Assembly (NCBI GenBank): GCA_965198065.1
Contig: CBDAON010000004.1
Span: forward strand, 2,400,001-2,464,000
Direction: 5' to 3'
Length of the DNA: 64,000 nt
Source: Longimicrobiales bacterium
Lineage (GTDB): Bacteria > Gemmatimonadota > Gemmatimonadetes > Longimicrobiales > Gaopeijiaceae
Program-made: the position numbers and the translations under genes
Notes under the pieces: model-generated
Databases searched by the model: none
Told to the model about the DNA's origin: nothing
What the model saw: only the letters and a program-made list of their open reading frames with translations
Part shown: positions 10,756 through 21,559 of the stretch, piece after piece
Numbering within the stretch: position 1 is the stretch's first letter
How the letters are laid out: every line of letters starts with the position of its first letter

Positions 10756-11714
10756 TGGAAACAGCGGAGGCCGTCGCGACACGCCCCCGAATGAGCGAGG
10801 AGGAGCCCGAAGCCACCGGCGTGGCGGTCACCGGAAGCACCGGACTCGTCGGTGAGCCGCTCGTCCGGGCCCTCCGGCAGGCGGGATACCGGGTCGTCCG
10901 CGTCTCCCGTCGGGCGAACGGACAGCCGGGCTGGGTGCGCTGGGATCCCCGGCGCGGCGTTCTGGACGGGAGCCGGCTCGAGGGGCTCCACGCGGTGGTG
11001 CACCTGGCAGGCGAGCCGATCGCTGGGCTTCGATGGACCTCCGCGAAGAAACGCGAGATCCTGGAGAGCCGCGAGGCCGGCACCCTCCTTTTGTCCCGGG
11101 CCTTGGCGAGCCTTCGCAAGCGCCCCACTGTCCTCCTGTCTGCCTCGGCCGTGGGGTACTACGGGGACCGCGGGAGCGAGAGACTCTCCGAGTCAAGCGG
11201 TCCCGGCGACGGCTTTCTCGCGGACGTATGCCGAAAGTGGGAGGCGAGCACCTACCCGGTTAGCGCACTCGGAATCCGGACCGTGCACCTTCGTTCCGGC
11301 CATGTGTTGTCCCCGGCGGGAGGGCTCCTCGGGGCAATCCTCCTCCCGTTTCGACTCGGCCTCGGGGGGCGGCTCGGCTCCGGTCGGCAGTATATGTCCT
11401 GGATCGACCTGGACGACGCCATCGGGATGATCCTCCACGCACTGACGGACGCGGGTCTGAGGGGACCGCTGAACGTCACCGCGCCGAACCCCGTGCCGAA
11501 CGCTGCCTTCACCGACGTCCTGGGCCGGGTCGTCGGCCGCCCCACCCTCATTCCGGCTCCTTCTCTCGCGATCCGCGCCGTCCTCGGGGAGATGGGCGAG
11601 GAGCTCCTCCTGGCGGGCCAGCGCGTGCTGCCGGAACGCGCGCTCCGCACGGGGTATCAGTTCCGCTTCCCCGACCTGGAGGATGCGCTCCGCCACCAGC
11701 TGGGCCTTTCCTGA
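10755..11714 (+). CDS. TIGR01777-type NAD-dependent epimerase/oxidoreductase
   Basis: VTGSTGLVG, VVHLAGEPI, SASAVGYYG, GSGRQYMSWI, NVTAPNPV. Confidence 0.9.
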   Translation: METAEAVATRPRMSEEEPEATGVAVTGSTGLVGEPLVRALRQAGYRVVRVSRRANGQPGWVRWDPRRGVLDGSRLEGLHAVVHLAGEPIAGLRWTSAKKREILESREAGTLLLSRALASLRKRPTVLLSASAVGYYGDRGSERLSESSGPGDGFLADVCRKWEASTYPVSALGIRTVHLRSGHVLSPAGGLLGAILLPFRLGLGGRLGSGRQYMSWIDLDDAIGMILHALTDAGLRGPLNVTAPNPVPNAAFTDVLGRVVGRPTLIPAPSLAIRAVLGEMGEELLLAGQRVLPERALRTGYQFRFPDLEDALRHQLGLS

Positions 11715-11749
11715 GGTTCCGGCGCCATCTTCTCGTCCGGAGGGCCGAC

Positions 11750-12373
11750 TTGAGCGAGCACGCATCCGAGCCCCTCTCCCGCGAGGCTCTGGTGAGCGAC
11801 GGGCTCCGGGCCTTCTCCGATTGGTTCGGTGACGCGCAGGCGCGCTCCGGCGTATCGAACCCGAACGCTGCGTGCCTTTCCACGGTGAGCCCGGACGGTC
11901 AGCCGCAGGGACGGATCGTGCTCATCAAGGGAGTGGATGAGCGCGGCATCACGTTCCACACGAACTACGAGTCGGCGAAGGGAAGGGAGCTTGCCGCCGC
12001 GCCCAGAGCCGCACTCACCCTGTACTGGCACGATCTGGGGCGCCAGCTGAGGGCCGGCGGGGCAGTCGAATGGCTCTCACCCGAGGAATCCGACGCCTAT
12101 TTCCGCACCCGGTCGCGGGGAAGCCAGATCGGCGCGTGGGCGTCGGACCAGAGTCGGCCCGTGGAGAGCCGCCAGGCGCTCGAGGCCCGGGCGAAGGAGG
12201 TCACCGATCGCTTTCGGGGCCGGGAGGTGCCGCGACCCCCTCACTGGGGCGGGCTCCTCCTCCGACCGACGGAGATCGAGCTCTGGCAGGAAGGCCGCGA
12301 ACGGCTTCACGACAGGATCCTCCTCCGGCGTGAGGAGGGCGGGCTCTGGGTGGCCGAGCGCCTCTTTCCCTGA
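11750..12373 (+). CDS. pdxH: pyridoxamine 5'-phosphate oxidase
   Basis: RIVLIK, TNYESAKG, SQIGAWASDQS, PPHWGG, RLHDR. Confidence 0.93.
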   Translation: MSEHASEPLSREALVSDGLRAFSDWFGDAQARSGVSNPNAACLSTVSPDGQPQGRIVLIKGVDERGITFHTNYESAKGRELAAAPRAALTLYWHDLGRQLRAGGAVEWLSPEESDAYFRTRSRGSQIGAWASDQSRPVESRQALEARAKEVTDRFRGREVPRPPHWGGLLLRPTEIELWQEGRERLHDRILLRREEGGLWVAERLFP

Positions 12374-12419
12374 AGCGGGCTCCTGGGCCGGCCCCCTTCG
12401 CACCCTGGCCGATCGGCGC

Positions 12420-13070
12420 TCAGATCTTCCCGACGATCTGCCCGTCCTCGTCGAGCTCGGGGTAGGGGTGTCCGTGGCGGTGCAGATACCGGGCGATCTT
12501 GGGATACCCGCACTCGAAGAGGAGTCGGGTCCTGAGCTCTGGATCCAGCCGCGGCGAAGCGTACATGCCGGCCCGGTCCCTCTGGCGGAACGCCTCGTAG
12601 AGGAGCAGCGAGGTGGCGACGGAAACATTGAGCGATCGGACCATCCCCACCATTGGGACCCGAACCGTGCGGTCGGCCAACGCCAGGGCCGCCTCGGAAA
12701 TTCCGAAAAGCTCGGCTCCCACGAGGAACGCCGTGGGCCTCGTGTAATCGATTTCCCGGTAGTCCACCGACCCGGGACCGGGATCCGCGGCGACGACCTC
12801 GAACCCGTCGGCCTGGAGGGTGCGAACGGCCTCCGCGCCGTCCCCGTGCCGGCGTACCCTGATCCAGCGCTCGCTCCCGCGGGAGGTGGCGGGGTGGGGG
12901 GTCAGGCCTCCGTCCGGGACCACCGCGTGAATCTCGAGGACGCCGACCGCGCAGTTGCGGAGGATGGCCGAGAGATTGTGGGTCTTGTTCACCCGATCCA
13001 TGAGGACCGTGAGGTCCGGCTGGCGCCGCTCCAGGACTTCGCGGATTCGAAGAAAGCGCTCCTTTCGCAT
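12420..13070 (-). CDS. trmH: tRNA (guanosine-2'-O)-methyltransferase, SpoU family
   Basis: RQPDLTVLMD, HNLSAILR, GAELFGIS, PMVGMVRSLNVSVA; the Asp usually seen in RxCDAVG is missing (RNCAVG). Confidence 0.88.
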   Translation of the reverse strand: MRKERFLRIREVLERRQPDLTVLMDRVNKTHNLSAILRNCAVGVLEIHAVVPDGGLTPHPATSRGSERWIRVRRHGDGAEAVRTLQADGFEVVAADPGPGSVDYREIDYTRPTAFLVGAELFGISEAALALADRTVRVPMVGMVRSLNVSVATSLLLYEAFRQRDRAGMYASPRLDPELRTRLLFECGYPKIARYLHRHGHPYPELDEDGQIVGKI

Positions 13071-13226
13071 GGCCCTCCAGTGTAACCGCTGGCCGGGCCA
13101 GCTGTCTCGACTCTGCCCGTACCGCCCGCTGGCTGCGTCGCCCGTGCCGTCCTCCCCGCTTGTCACGGGTGCCTCTCGCAGCGATCCTGGGGGGAGCGGG
13201 CCGTACGCACCTCCACGGAGGCTTCG

Positions 13227-14885
13227 ATGAGTGAGCGCGGAAGGGATCGAGTGAGGGTGGTGCTGGGGACGCGGATCGTGGCCTCCATGTGGCTCGCGAT
13301 CGGTGCAGTGCTGATCGGACCGGTGGCCGGGAGCGGCCAGGTTCCCAATCCCCCCGAGGAGGCCGCCCTCGCGGTGCCTCCGGAGATGCCCTACTTGCCT
13401 GAGGTACTCGGGCCGTACAGGCGGCCGATCACGACTTCGTCGCCGTGGGCCCAGGCGTACTTCGATCAGGGCCTGCAGCTCCTTTATGCGTTCACGAAGC
13501 CGGCCGCGGTGAGCTCGTTCCGAGAGGCCCGGCGGCAGGACCCGTCCTGCGCCATGTGTTACTGGGGCGAGGCCCTGGCGCTCGGTCCCTTCCTGAACGG
13601 CAGGATGAGCGCGTCCAACGCGGGACCGGCGTACGAGGCTGCCATGGAGGCTCTGCGCCTCGCTGAAGCCCAGTCCCTGCCAGCCGCCGAGCGCGCGATG
13701 ATCGAGGCCATGTCCGTGCGCTACTCCGAGGTGCACGACCCCGCGACGCGCGCGCAGCTGGACAGCATGTACTCCTCGGTAATGGCCGAGGTCTACCGGA
13801 CGTTTCCGAACGACCTGGACGTTGCCACCGTCTACGCCGAGTCGATCATGCTCCTGGACACGGAGCGGGCCAACTACCGGCTCGGGAGCGAGTTCGTCCA
13901 GAGCTTCCACCGCGTTCTGGAGGCGACTCTGGCACGGGACCTCTCACACCCCGGAGCCTGCCACCTGTACGTCCACGGTACGGAAGCCACGGAGGATCCG
14001 GGCCGCGCTGAAAGGTGCGCGGATCTCCTCGGCAGCTCGATTCCGGGGGCTAGCCACATCAACCACATGCCCTCCCACACCTACAACCGTATCGGCCGCT
14101 GGGCGTCGGCCGTGCGCGCGAACATCGAGGCCTGGCATTCGGACCAGCGGGCCGAGTACGGGGAGGGCGTGTCGTACGCCGGGTCCCACAACCTGCACAT
14201 GCTCCTCTTCGCAGCGTCCATGGACGGTCAGGGCTCGATCGCGGCCATGGCCGCCCAGGAATACGCCGACGTGTCTCCGGGAGGCGTCTTCTACCAGGCC
14301 CTGGTCGCGCTCCGGTTCGGAGAGTGGGAGGACCTCCTCGCGCTAGATGGGCCTCCCGATCAGCCGATCCAGAGAGGCCTCTGGGAGTTCGCCCGCGGGT
14401 ACGCGCACCTGAGGACCGGAGACGCCCAGGAGGCGGCCGAGTACCTCGCCCGTGCCCGGGCGACGGCGACATCCGCGGGGGACCAGCGGTTTCGCGGCGC
14501 CTCGGCGATCGACCTGATCCAAATCGTGACGAACCTCCTCGAGGGAGAGATGCTGCGGGAGGAGGGTCTCACCGCGGAGGCGCTCCAGCTGTTCGAGCGT
14601 GCCGTCGAGTCGCAGGATGGGCTGCCGTACAGCGAGCCCGAGGTCCTGAACTTCGCCGCGAGGCACTGGCTTGGAGACCTGCTCCTGGAGTTGAACCGGC
14701 CGGCTGAAGCAGAGACCGTGTATCGGCGCTCCCTGGAGGCGCATCCGCACAACGGGTGGTCCCTCTTCGGCTTGGAGCGGGCGATCCGGGCCCAGGGCCG
14801 GAGCGCGGAAGCCGATCAGGTGAGGGCCGAGTTCCGGGAGGCGTGGGGGCGGTCCGACACGCTGATCCGGGCGTCGAGGTTTTAG
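13227..14885 (+). CDS. secreted TPR-containing protein
   Basis: signal-like N-terminus, AQAYFDQGL, DPSCAMCYWGEALALGP, HPGACHLYVH, HMPSH, PHNGWSLFGL. Confidence 0.8.
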   Translation: MSERGRDRVRVVLGTRIVASMWLAIGAVLIGPVAGSGQVPNPPEEAALAVPPEMPYLPEVLGPYRRPITTSSPWAQAYFDQGLQLLYAFTKPAAVSSFREARRQDPSCAMCYWGEALALGPFLNGRMSASNAGPAYEAAMEALRLAEAQSLPAAERAMIEAMSVRYSEVHDPATRAQLDSMYSSVMAEVYRTFPNDLDVATVYAESIMLLDTERANYRLGSEFVQSFHRVLEATLARDLSHPGACHLYVHGTEATEDPGRAERCADLLGSSIPGASHINHMPSHTYNRIGRWASAVRANIEAWHSDQRAEYGEGVSYAGSHNLHMLLFAASMDGQGSIAAMAAQEYADVSPGGVFYQALVALRFGEWEDLLALDGPPDQPIQRGLWEFARGYAHLRTGDAQEAAEYLARARATATSAGDQRFRGASAIDLIQIVTNLLEGEMLREEGLTAEALQLFERAVESQDGLPYSEPEVLNFAARHWLGDLLLELNRPAEAETVYRRSLEAHPHNGWSLFGLERAIRAQGRSAEADQVRAEFREAWGRSDTLIRASRF

Positions 14886-15356
14886 TGGCCTGGAAAGGAT
14901 GAACACTTGGCATCCGAGGATGCGCGCTGGGCTCGCTCCGGCTGCGTTTCTCCTCCTCGCCGTAGCGCTGCTGGGCCGCGTCGTCAGGCCTTGTCGGCTG
15001 GGGCCCGTCGCTCGTCTCGCTGCTCGAGCTTCGTCCGTTCCAGGCCACTAGCCCGGAGGCCCCTCCCGGGCGGCGGGAGGCCGAGGCTCTCGGGCGGATG
15101 ACGGGCGGGTCACGCGGCCGGCGTGCCCAGCTCCTCGGAAGACCATTCGCGCGGCTGATCGTCCACGCCAGGCGACGACGTCGCGTCGGCAGGGGCGAGA
15201 ACTCCGGAGATTCTCACGGAAACAACGCTGTCGGTCACGACCGAACTCCTGGGATCGGACCGATAGGGTGAGGACCCGTTTCGGGGTGGGGGGACGAAGT
15301 GAGATACCGGGACGGAGCGGGTGCCCCCGTCCCCGGCGGGACCGGACGCCTGGCGG

Positions 15357-16565
15357 TCATCGGCTGGCCGCGTCTGTGCCGGCGGGCTCGAGGCGCACGA
15401 TCGGGGTGAGCTCGCCGGTGCCACGGGCGTCGATAGCTACGTAGATCAGGCCGTCCGGGCCCTGGGTAATGGCGCGCACGCGCCCGAAACCGTACATGAG
15501 CGGCGGCCGCTCCATCCTCCCGACGTACACCCCTTCGCCCTCGCCCACGAGGGGAAGGCGGGCCATCTGGGGATGGGCCATGCCACCCATGAAGACGCTG
15601 TTCTTCCACTCGGGGAACGCGTCACCCGTATAGACCATCAGCCCGGACGGGGCGATGGACGGCGTGAAGTGCTGGAGCGGGTGCTCCATCCCCGTGACCT
15701 CCCTCGTCGAAAAGAGCTGGGTCCCACCGTAGTTCGTGCCGTAACCGACGACCGGCCAGCCGTAATTCCGCCCCCGCTGGATGAGGTTCAGCTCGTCCCC
15801 ACCCTGGGGGCCATGCTCGTTCTGGAAGATATCCCCCGTCTCCGGGTGGATGGCTAGCCCCTGCGGACTCCGGTGTCCGTAGCTCCAGATCTCCGGGAGC
15901 GCATCGGTCCGTCCGACGAACGGGTTGTCGGCGGGGACACGCCCGTCGTCGTGCAGCCGAATGGTCGTCCCCTGATGGTTGCTGAGATCTTGGGCCGGGT
16001 GTAGGTACGCGGTCTCAATAGCGGGGGATGCCTGCCGGTCTCCCACCGTGATGAAGAGGTAGCCCTCCCGGTCGAAGACCAGGCGAGATCCGTAGTGGCC
16101 ACCGCTGGTGCTCCACGCCTGAGCCTCGAAGATTTCCTCGACGTTTTCCAGCCGGTTGCCTTCCAGCCGGCCCCGTACCACCGCAGTTGTGCCCTGGCTC
16201 CCGTCCTCGTTCGGCTTCGAGAAGCTCAGGTAGATCAGCCGGTTGGATTCGAAGTCGGGGTGGAGGGCCACGTCCAGGAGGCCTCCCTGGCCCAGGTAGC
16301 GGACGCTCGGGGTCCCGGCGATCGGCTCCGGCTGCAGGACCCCGTCACGCACAATCCGTAGCCGTCCAGGCTTCTCTGTGACCAGCATCTCCCCGGTGGG
16401 GAGAAAGGCTATCGACCAAGGATCCTGGAGGCCGTCCACGACCGTCACGACCCGGTAGGGTCCGCGCTCGGCTTCGTATGCTGTCTCCTGGGCGCCGACC
16501 GAAGGTGCGAGCCAGAAGGCGAGGACGATGAAGCTAGCTGGAATCAAGAAGCGGGTCGGGTGCAT
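15357..16565 (-). CDS. PQQ-dependent sugar dehydrogenase (soluble aldose dehydrogenase family)
   Basis: signal peptide, GQGGLLDVALHPDF, HYGSRL, PADNPF, SYGHRSPQG, EHGPQGGDELN. Confidence 0.9.
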   Translation of the reverse strand: MHPTRFLIPASFIVLAFWLAPSVGAQETAYEAERGPYRVVTVVDGLQDPWSIAFLPTGEMLVTEKPGRLRIVRDGVLQPEPIAGTPSVRYLGQGGLLDVALHPDFESNRLIYLSFSKPNEDGSQGTTAVVRGRLEGNRLENVEEIFEAQAWSTSGGHYGSRLVFDREGYLFITVGDRQASPAIETAYLHPAQDLSNHQGTTIRLHDDGRVPADNPFVGRTDALPEIWSYGHRSPQGLAIHPETGDIFQNEHGPQGGDELNLIQRGRNYGWPVVGYGTNYGGTQLFSTREVTGMEHPLQHFTPSIAPSGLMVYTGDAFPEWKNSVFMGGMAHPQMARLPLVGEGEGVYVGRMERPPLMYGFGRVRAITQGPDGLIYVAIDARGTGELTPIVRLEPAGTDAASR

Positions 16566-16693
16566 GTCGACTCCTTTGGCGAATGGACATCGCGCGTCGG
16601 TACGACCCGGTGCCGGAGATTGGCGACCGCGGGGCGTTCCATGTCGAATATGGTGGTGGACCTCGGCCGGATGGGCAAGCGAGGGAGGCGGGC

Positions 16694-18343
16694 CTACCCG
16701 AACGTCTGGTACCGGCCCGCCTTGTAGTCGGCCCAGTACGCGTCGAGTAGTCCCCGCACCTTCCCGCTCAGGATGTACACCCCGAGCAGGTTTGGGAATG
16801 CCATCCCCAAGATCATCAGATCACCGAACTCGAGAATTTGGGTCGCGGTGATGATCGATCCCAGGAACACGAACGCGAGGAACAGGATCTTGTACGGCAG
16901 GGAAGCTCCCGCCCCGAACAGCCAAACCGCGCAACGCTCCCCGTAATAGGACCAGGAGATCATGGTCGAAAACGCGAAGAGCGCGACGGCAAACGACAGG
17001 ATGTAGGGGAAGAAGGGCAGCTGCTCCCCGAAGGCCCTGGAGGTCAGCGCCGCTCCCGCGTTGCTCGCGATCAGATCGCTGTAGGCCGGATTGTTGTACG
17101 CGCCGCTGAAAACGATCACGAGCGCCGTCATCGTACAGATGACCACCGTGTCGATGAAGGGCTCGAGCAGGGAAACCATCCCTTCTCGGATGGGATACTG
17201 CGTGCGCGCTGCGGAATGCGCGATCGCTGCCGACCCGGCGCCCGCCTCGTTAGAAAACGCAGCCCGCTGGAACCCGATCACCAGGACGCCGATGAAGCCG
17301 CCGTACGCGGCCTCGGGGGCCAGGGCCTGGCGGAAGATGGTCAGGAGCGCCGCCGGGACGTTGGGCAGGTTGGAGAGGATCACGATCAGCGCCGCGGCCA
17401 CGTAGACCAAGGCCATGAGGGGAACGATCGCCTGAGCGGTGTGCGCGATCCGGCGGATCCCTCCGAGGATCACGATCCCCACCAGGATCGTCATGAGCAG
17501 GCCGTACACCCAGCTGAAGTCGTTGAGCGCCGGTATGGTCTCCTGGAGCGCGTTCAGCGACTGGCTCACCTGAAACGCGTTCCCGCCCCCGAGGGAGCCC
17601 CCGATGCAGAGCACCGCGAAGAGCACCGCCAGAACCCTTCCGAGGCTCCCGAGTCCCACCTCGGCCAGGCCCTTTCTCAGGTACTGCATGGGGCCGCCCA
17701 GCACGTTCCCCCTCGGCCCGACATCCCGATAGGCCTGACCCAGCGTGCACTCGGCGAACTTGGTGGACATGCCCAAGAGCCCCGCGATGATCATCCAGAA
17801 CGTCGCGCCCGGCCCGCCGATGCTCACCGCGATGGCCACTCCGGCAATGTTCCCCAGTCCGACCGTGGCGGACAGCGCAGTGCTGAGGGCCTGGAAGTGC
17901 GACACGTCCCCGGGCTCGTCGGGACTCGTGTACCGGCCGCGTGTGATCTGCACCGCGTGCTTGAACGCACGGATGTTGACGAAGCCCATGCGCACCGTGA
18001 GGTAGATCGCCGCGACGACAAGCCAGGCTACGACCAGCGGGAGCTGGGCGGTCTCATGCCACCACATCAGATCGACGAAGAAGACGGACGCGACCACCCC
18101 GTTCACGCGGCCCATGGCGGCATCGGCGCGCTCCTCCCAGCCGAGCGGGGCCTCCCCTTCGCCGGCCTGCGTCGCCGGAGCGGGGGGCGGCTCTGGAACG
18201 GGCACGGCCGCGGCGAGTCGGATCGGCGAGGTCGCTGTGGGGGGCGATCCAGGTGGCGTGGCCGCCACGGGGACCGGGGAGAGAGCGGCCACGCTCGCGG
18301 CCTGGAGCAGGACGAGGGGGAGGAGCCAGAGTCGTGATCTCAT
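16694..18343 (-). CDS. alanine/glycine:cation symporter family protein
   Basis: SATVGLGNIAGVA, GGPGATFWM, FSNEAGAGSA, EPFIDT. Confidence 0.92.
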   Translation of the reverse strand: MRSRLWLLPLVLLQAASVAALSPVPVAATPPGSPPTATSPIRLAAAVPVPEPPPAPATQAGEGEAPLGWEERADAAMGRVNGVVASVFFVDLMWWHETAQLPLVVAWLVVAAIYLTVRMGFVNIRAFKHAVQITRGRYTSPDEPGDVSHFQALSTALSATVGLGNIAGVAIAVSIGGPGATFWMIIAGLLGMSTKFAECTLGQAYRDVGPRGNVLGGPMQYLRKGLAEVGLGSLGRVLAVLFAVLCIGGSLGGGNAFQVSQSLNALQETIPALNDFSWVYGLLMTILVGIVILGGIRRIAHTAQAIVPLMALVYVAAALIVILSNLPNVPAALLTIFRQALAPEAAYGGFIGVLVIGFQRAAFSNEAGAGSAAIAHSAARTQYPIREGMVSLLEPFIDTVVICTMTALVIVFSGAYNNPAYSDLIASNAGAALTSRAFGEQLPFFPYILSFAVALFAFSTMISWSYYGERCAVWLFGAGASLPYKILFLAFVFLGSIITATQILEFGDLMILGMAFPNLLGVYILSGKVRGLLDAYWADYKAGRYQTFG

Positions 18344-18551
18344 CGTTCCTCGGAGGAATGTGCCGTCGCGCCTCCCCGAACCCACCTGGGGTCGACCCGC
18401 AGATCGCGAATCGCGTGGGTACAGCGACGGCTCACGGACCGGAAATGCAGGGGCCCTCCCTTGCGGGGAAGCAAGGTACCGTGAGCCTTATGGGCGAGCA
18501 AGCGAGGACGATCCGGGTGGTCCGGCCCCGTGCCGGCAACCCGATCCGCCG

Positions 18552-20753
18552 TCAACGGCCCCCGCTTCCTCGAGCCTTCTTCGACGTACCCGCAGCCGAT
18601 GCCACGGGCTTCGTCTCCCGGAGGAGGATCCGCGCGTCGACCACGGCCAGGCCGTCCGGGTAGGCGATCACGGGGTTCAGGTCCATCTCCTGGATCGCGG
18701 GATAGGCTTCGACGACCCCCGAGACCTTCATCAGGAGATCGACGAGAGCCTCGCGGTCCACGGGCGGCTGCCCCCGGACCCCGTCGAGAATGGCGGCGGT
18801 GCGGATCGTGGACAGCATCTGCTTCGCGGCGAACCGGCTGATCGGGAGAACGCGGAAGACGACGTCTCGCACGACCTCCACCAGGATCCCGCCGATGCCG
18901 AACATGATCACGGGCCCGAACTGGGGATCGGTCTTGGTCCCGATCGTGACCTCGAGGCCCGGCTCGGCCATGGGAGAGACGACACATCCCCGGATGTCCG
19001 CCGATGGTTGCCGGCTCTCCGCGGCGCTTACGATCTCGCCGAACGCCTTACGTACCTCGGCTCCGGTCTCGAGCCTGAGGCGCACTCCTCCGACGTCACT
19101 TTTATGCAGGAAGGCTGGGGAGCACAGCTTGAGCGCCACCGGTCCCTCGAGCTTTCCGGCGAGGGCCACGGCCTCGGCGGGAGTCGTGGCCAGTCGATCA
19201 GCCGTCACGCTCGCCCCGTGCAAGCCGAGGAGCCGTTTCGCCTCGTGCTCGAGGAGGGAGCCCCGGCCCTCGGCCACGGCGATCTCGATGATCCGCTCGC
19301 CGGCCCGTTTAGCGTGCGTCCCCCAATTCATGACGAAGTTGGTTCTGCGGCGACCGCTGGCGCAGTAGCCGCCGTACTGCGAGAGGACCTCGAGACACCT
19401 GCAGGCTACGTCCACTGAATCGAAGACGGGAATCCCGTAGTACCGGAGGAGATCGTGGGCGTGCGGTCGGAGAAACTTGTACAGGCTGTGGACCACGATG
19501 GGCTTGCCGGTTTCGCGCACGAGCTTTCCCATCCGGTGGGCGGCGTCCTCTTCGATGAACCGGAGACGCTCGGCGAAGCGGAGCCCATACCCGCCGAACA
19601 GCCCGACGATCAGCAGCCCTCCAATACGTTGGCTCTCCAGGAGCACGCGCGCGCAGTCGGCGAAGACCCCCGGATCGCTGTCGGCGCTCCCCGCGAGATC
19701 CACGGGGTTCCGTAGCGCCGCGTTCGGTGAGAGGAGCTCGGTCAGCTCGTCTCGCACTCTCCGACCCAGGGGTGGGATCTCGACGCCAGCGTCCGTGAGC
19801 ACGTCCGAGGCGATCGTCGCGTGCCCGCCGCCGTCCGCCAGAATCGCCACGCGGTTGCCGCGGAGCGGCGGCAGGCAGGCTAGCGCCTCGGTGGCCGGGA
19901 ACAGCTCGTCCGAGTGCTCGATCGTTATGATCCCGCACCGGCGATAGGCGGAGCGTGCCACCTCGGAGATGCCGGCGAGAGCGCCCGTGTGCGACCCCGC
20001 CGACCGGCTCCCCGTCTCCGACCGGCCGCTCTGAAGCAGGACGACGGGCTTGTGCCGCGTCGTGAGATGGGCCTGCTGCAAGAACTTCCGCCCGTCGCTC
20101 ATCCCCTCGACGTACATGACGATGGCCCGCGTCTTCGGGTCGGCCGTGAGGAACTCGAGGTACTCGTGGAACTTGACGTCGGCCTCGTTGCCCACCCCGA
20201 TGTAGTAGGAGAAGCCCTGCTGGCTCTTCACCTGTGCCTCGGTGATGAGGTGGAGCGCCATGTTCCCGCTCTGCGAGAGAAGGGCGATGTTGCCCCTGGG
20301 CACGTCGCCGAGCCCCACCAGGTCCATCCCCGAGTGCACGTTGATGATGCCGCTGGTATTGGGGCCGATGATCCGCAGACCGTGCCGGTCGGCGATGCGC
20401 CGAAGCTTGTCCTGAAGGCGCTTCCCTTTGCGACCTAGCTCACCGAAGCCGCCCGCGACCACGACGGCGCCGGCCACCCCCTTCTTTCCGCACTCCTCGA
20501 GGAGGGGGGCCAGGCCCTCGGCGGGGGTTGCGACGAACGCTAGGTCTACCGGTCCCTCGATGTCGAGCACGCTCGGGTAGCACCGGAGCCCGAGAATCGT
20601 CTCCTCGTGCGGGTTCACGGGGTAGACCGCGCCCTCGTACTTGGCCTCGATCACAGACCGGATGGCTTGGTATCCGCGCTTCTTCTCGTCGCGCGACGCC
20701 CCTATGATCGCCACGGACCGCGCGTCCAGCACCCTCCCGAGGGACACGCTCAC
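18552..20753 (-). CDS. acyl-CoA synthetase (ADP-forming), fused alpha/beta
   Basis: SVAIIGAS, IIGPN, SQSG, SHTGALAG, NPVDL, HKSDVGGV, DPQFGPVIMFG, EMDLNPV. Confidence 0.9.
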   Translation of the reverse strand: MSVSLGRVLDARSVAIIGASRDEKKRGYQAIRSVIEAKYEGAVYPVNPHEETILGLRCYPSVLDIEGPVDLAFVATPAEGLAPLLEECGKKGVAGAVVVAGGFGELGRKGKRLQDKLRRIADRHGLRIIGPNTSGIINVHSGMDLVGLGDVPRGNIALLSQSGNMALHLITEAQVKSQQGFSYYIGVGNEADVKFHEYLEFLTADPKTRAIVMYVEGMSDGRKFLQQAHLTTRHKPVVLLQSGRSETGSRSAGSHTGALAGISEVARSAYRRCGIITIEHSDELFPATEALACLPPLRGNRVAILADGGGHATIASDVLTDAGVEIPPLGRRVRDELTELLSPNAALRNPVDLAGSADSDPGVFADCARVLLESQRIGGLLIVGLFGGYGLRFAERLRFIEEDAAHRMGKLVRETGKPIVVHSLYKFLRPHAHDLLRYYGIPVFDSVDVACRCLEVLSQYGGYCASGRRRTNFVMNWGTHAKRAGERIIEIAVAEGRGSLLEHEAKRLLGLHGASVTADRLATTPAEAVALAGKLEGPVALKLCSPAFLHKSDVGGVRLRLETGAEVRKAFGEIVSAAESRQPSADIRGCVVSPMAEPGLEVTIGTKTDPQFGPVIMFGIGGILVEVVRDVVFRVLPISRFAAKQMLSTIRTAAILDGVRGQPPVDREALVDLLMKVSGVVEAYPAIQEMDLNPVIAYPDGLAVVDARILLRETKPVASAAGTSKKARGSGGR

Positions 20754-21559
20754 CGCCCCCGGAAACGCGGCTTACGGCGCTCTGCGAAGGCCCGGATGCC
20801 CTCCTGCCAATCCTCGCTGTCCATGCACTCGAGGATGGCCTCGGCCTCCGCCTTGAGAGCGCTGACGATATCGCTCCCCGGGGAGCGACGGAGGAGCGTC
20901 TTGGCCAGACGAATGGACAGGGGCGCCCTCTCCGCTATCTCCCTCGCGAGGCGCCGAGCGTGGTCAAGCAGGAGCGGACCGGGGTAGGACGCCAGGGCCA
21001 GCCCCGTCTCCACCGCGGCGGGGCCGTCCAGGATCTTTCCCGTGTAGACCAGCTCCTTCGCCCGGGCCTGACCCACGAGGCCGGGAAGGGTGTGGCTGAC
21101 GCCCCCGCCGACGCAGGTCCCCAGCCCGGCCTCGGGGAGAGCGAGCGTCGCGTCGTTGGCCATCAGGATGAAATCGCAGGCCAGCGCGATCTCAGTACCG
21201 GCGCCCCGCGCCGGCCCGTTCACGGCCGCGATGACCGGCTTCGGGAACTCGTAGATCTCGCGGGTTGTCTCGTGGGCGAGCTGGATGTAGGCGCGCCGCT
21301 CGTCGGGGCCGCGGTCGCCCGAGGCGTGCCTCTTCAGGTCGGCTCCCGCCGAAAAAGCGGGTTTGTCCACCCCGTCCCTCCTCAGGACGGAGCCGGTCAG
21401 GATCAGGCAGCGAATCCCCGCGTCGTCCCTCGTCCTGGCCAGGGCGTCGCGAATCTCCAGGTACATCTCCTCGATCACGGCGTTCATCCGCTCGGGTCGG
21501 TTCAGGCGGACGATGCCCACGGGTTCCTCGGTTACGAGTTCGATCGTCTCGTAGCTCAC
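20750..21559 (-). CDS. enoyl-CoA hydratase/isomerase family protein
   Basis: LNRPERMNA, AFSAGADL, PKPVIAAVNG, ALACD, EGIRAFAERRKP. Confidence 0.9.
   Translation of the reverse strand: MSYETIELVTEEPVGIVRLNRPERMNAVIEEMYLEIRDALARTRDDAGIRCLILTGSVLRRDGVDKPAFSAGADLKRHASGDRGPDERRAYIQLAHETTREIYEFPKPVIAAVNGPARGAGTEIALACDFILMANDATLALPEAGLGTCVGGGVSHTLPGLVGQARAKELVYTGKILDGPAAVETGLALASYPGPLLLDHARRLAREIAERAPLSIRLAKTLLRRSPGSDIVSALKAEAEAILECMDSEDWQEGIRAFAERRKPRFRGR

Noticed and set aside
14890..15350. Possible ncRNA or small ORFs between the TPR and PQQ dehydrogenase genes
   Set aside because: Only short GC-rich hairpins and a 42-aa ORF (15110-15238, minus) without motifs; insufficient support.
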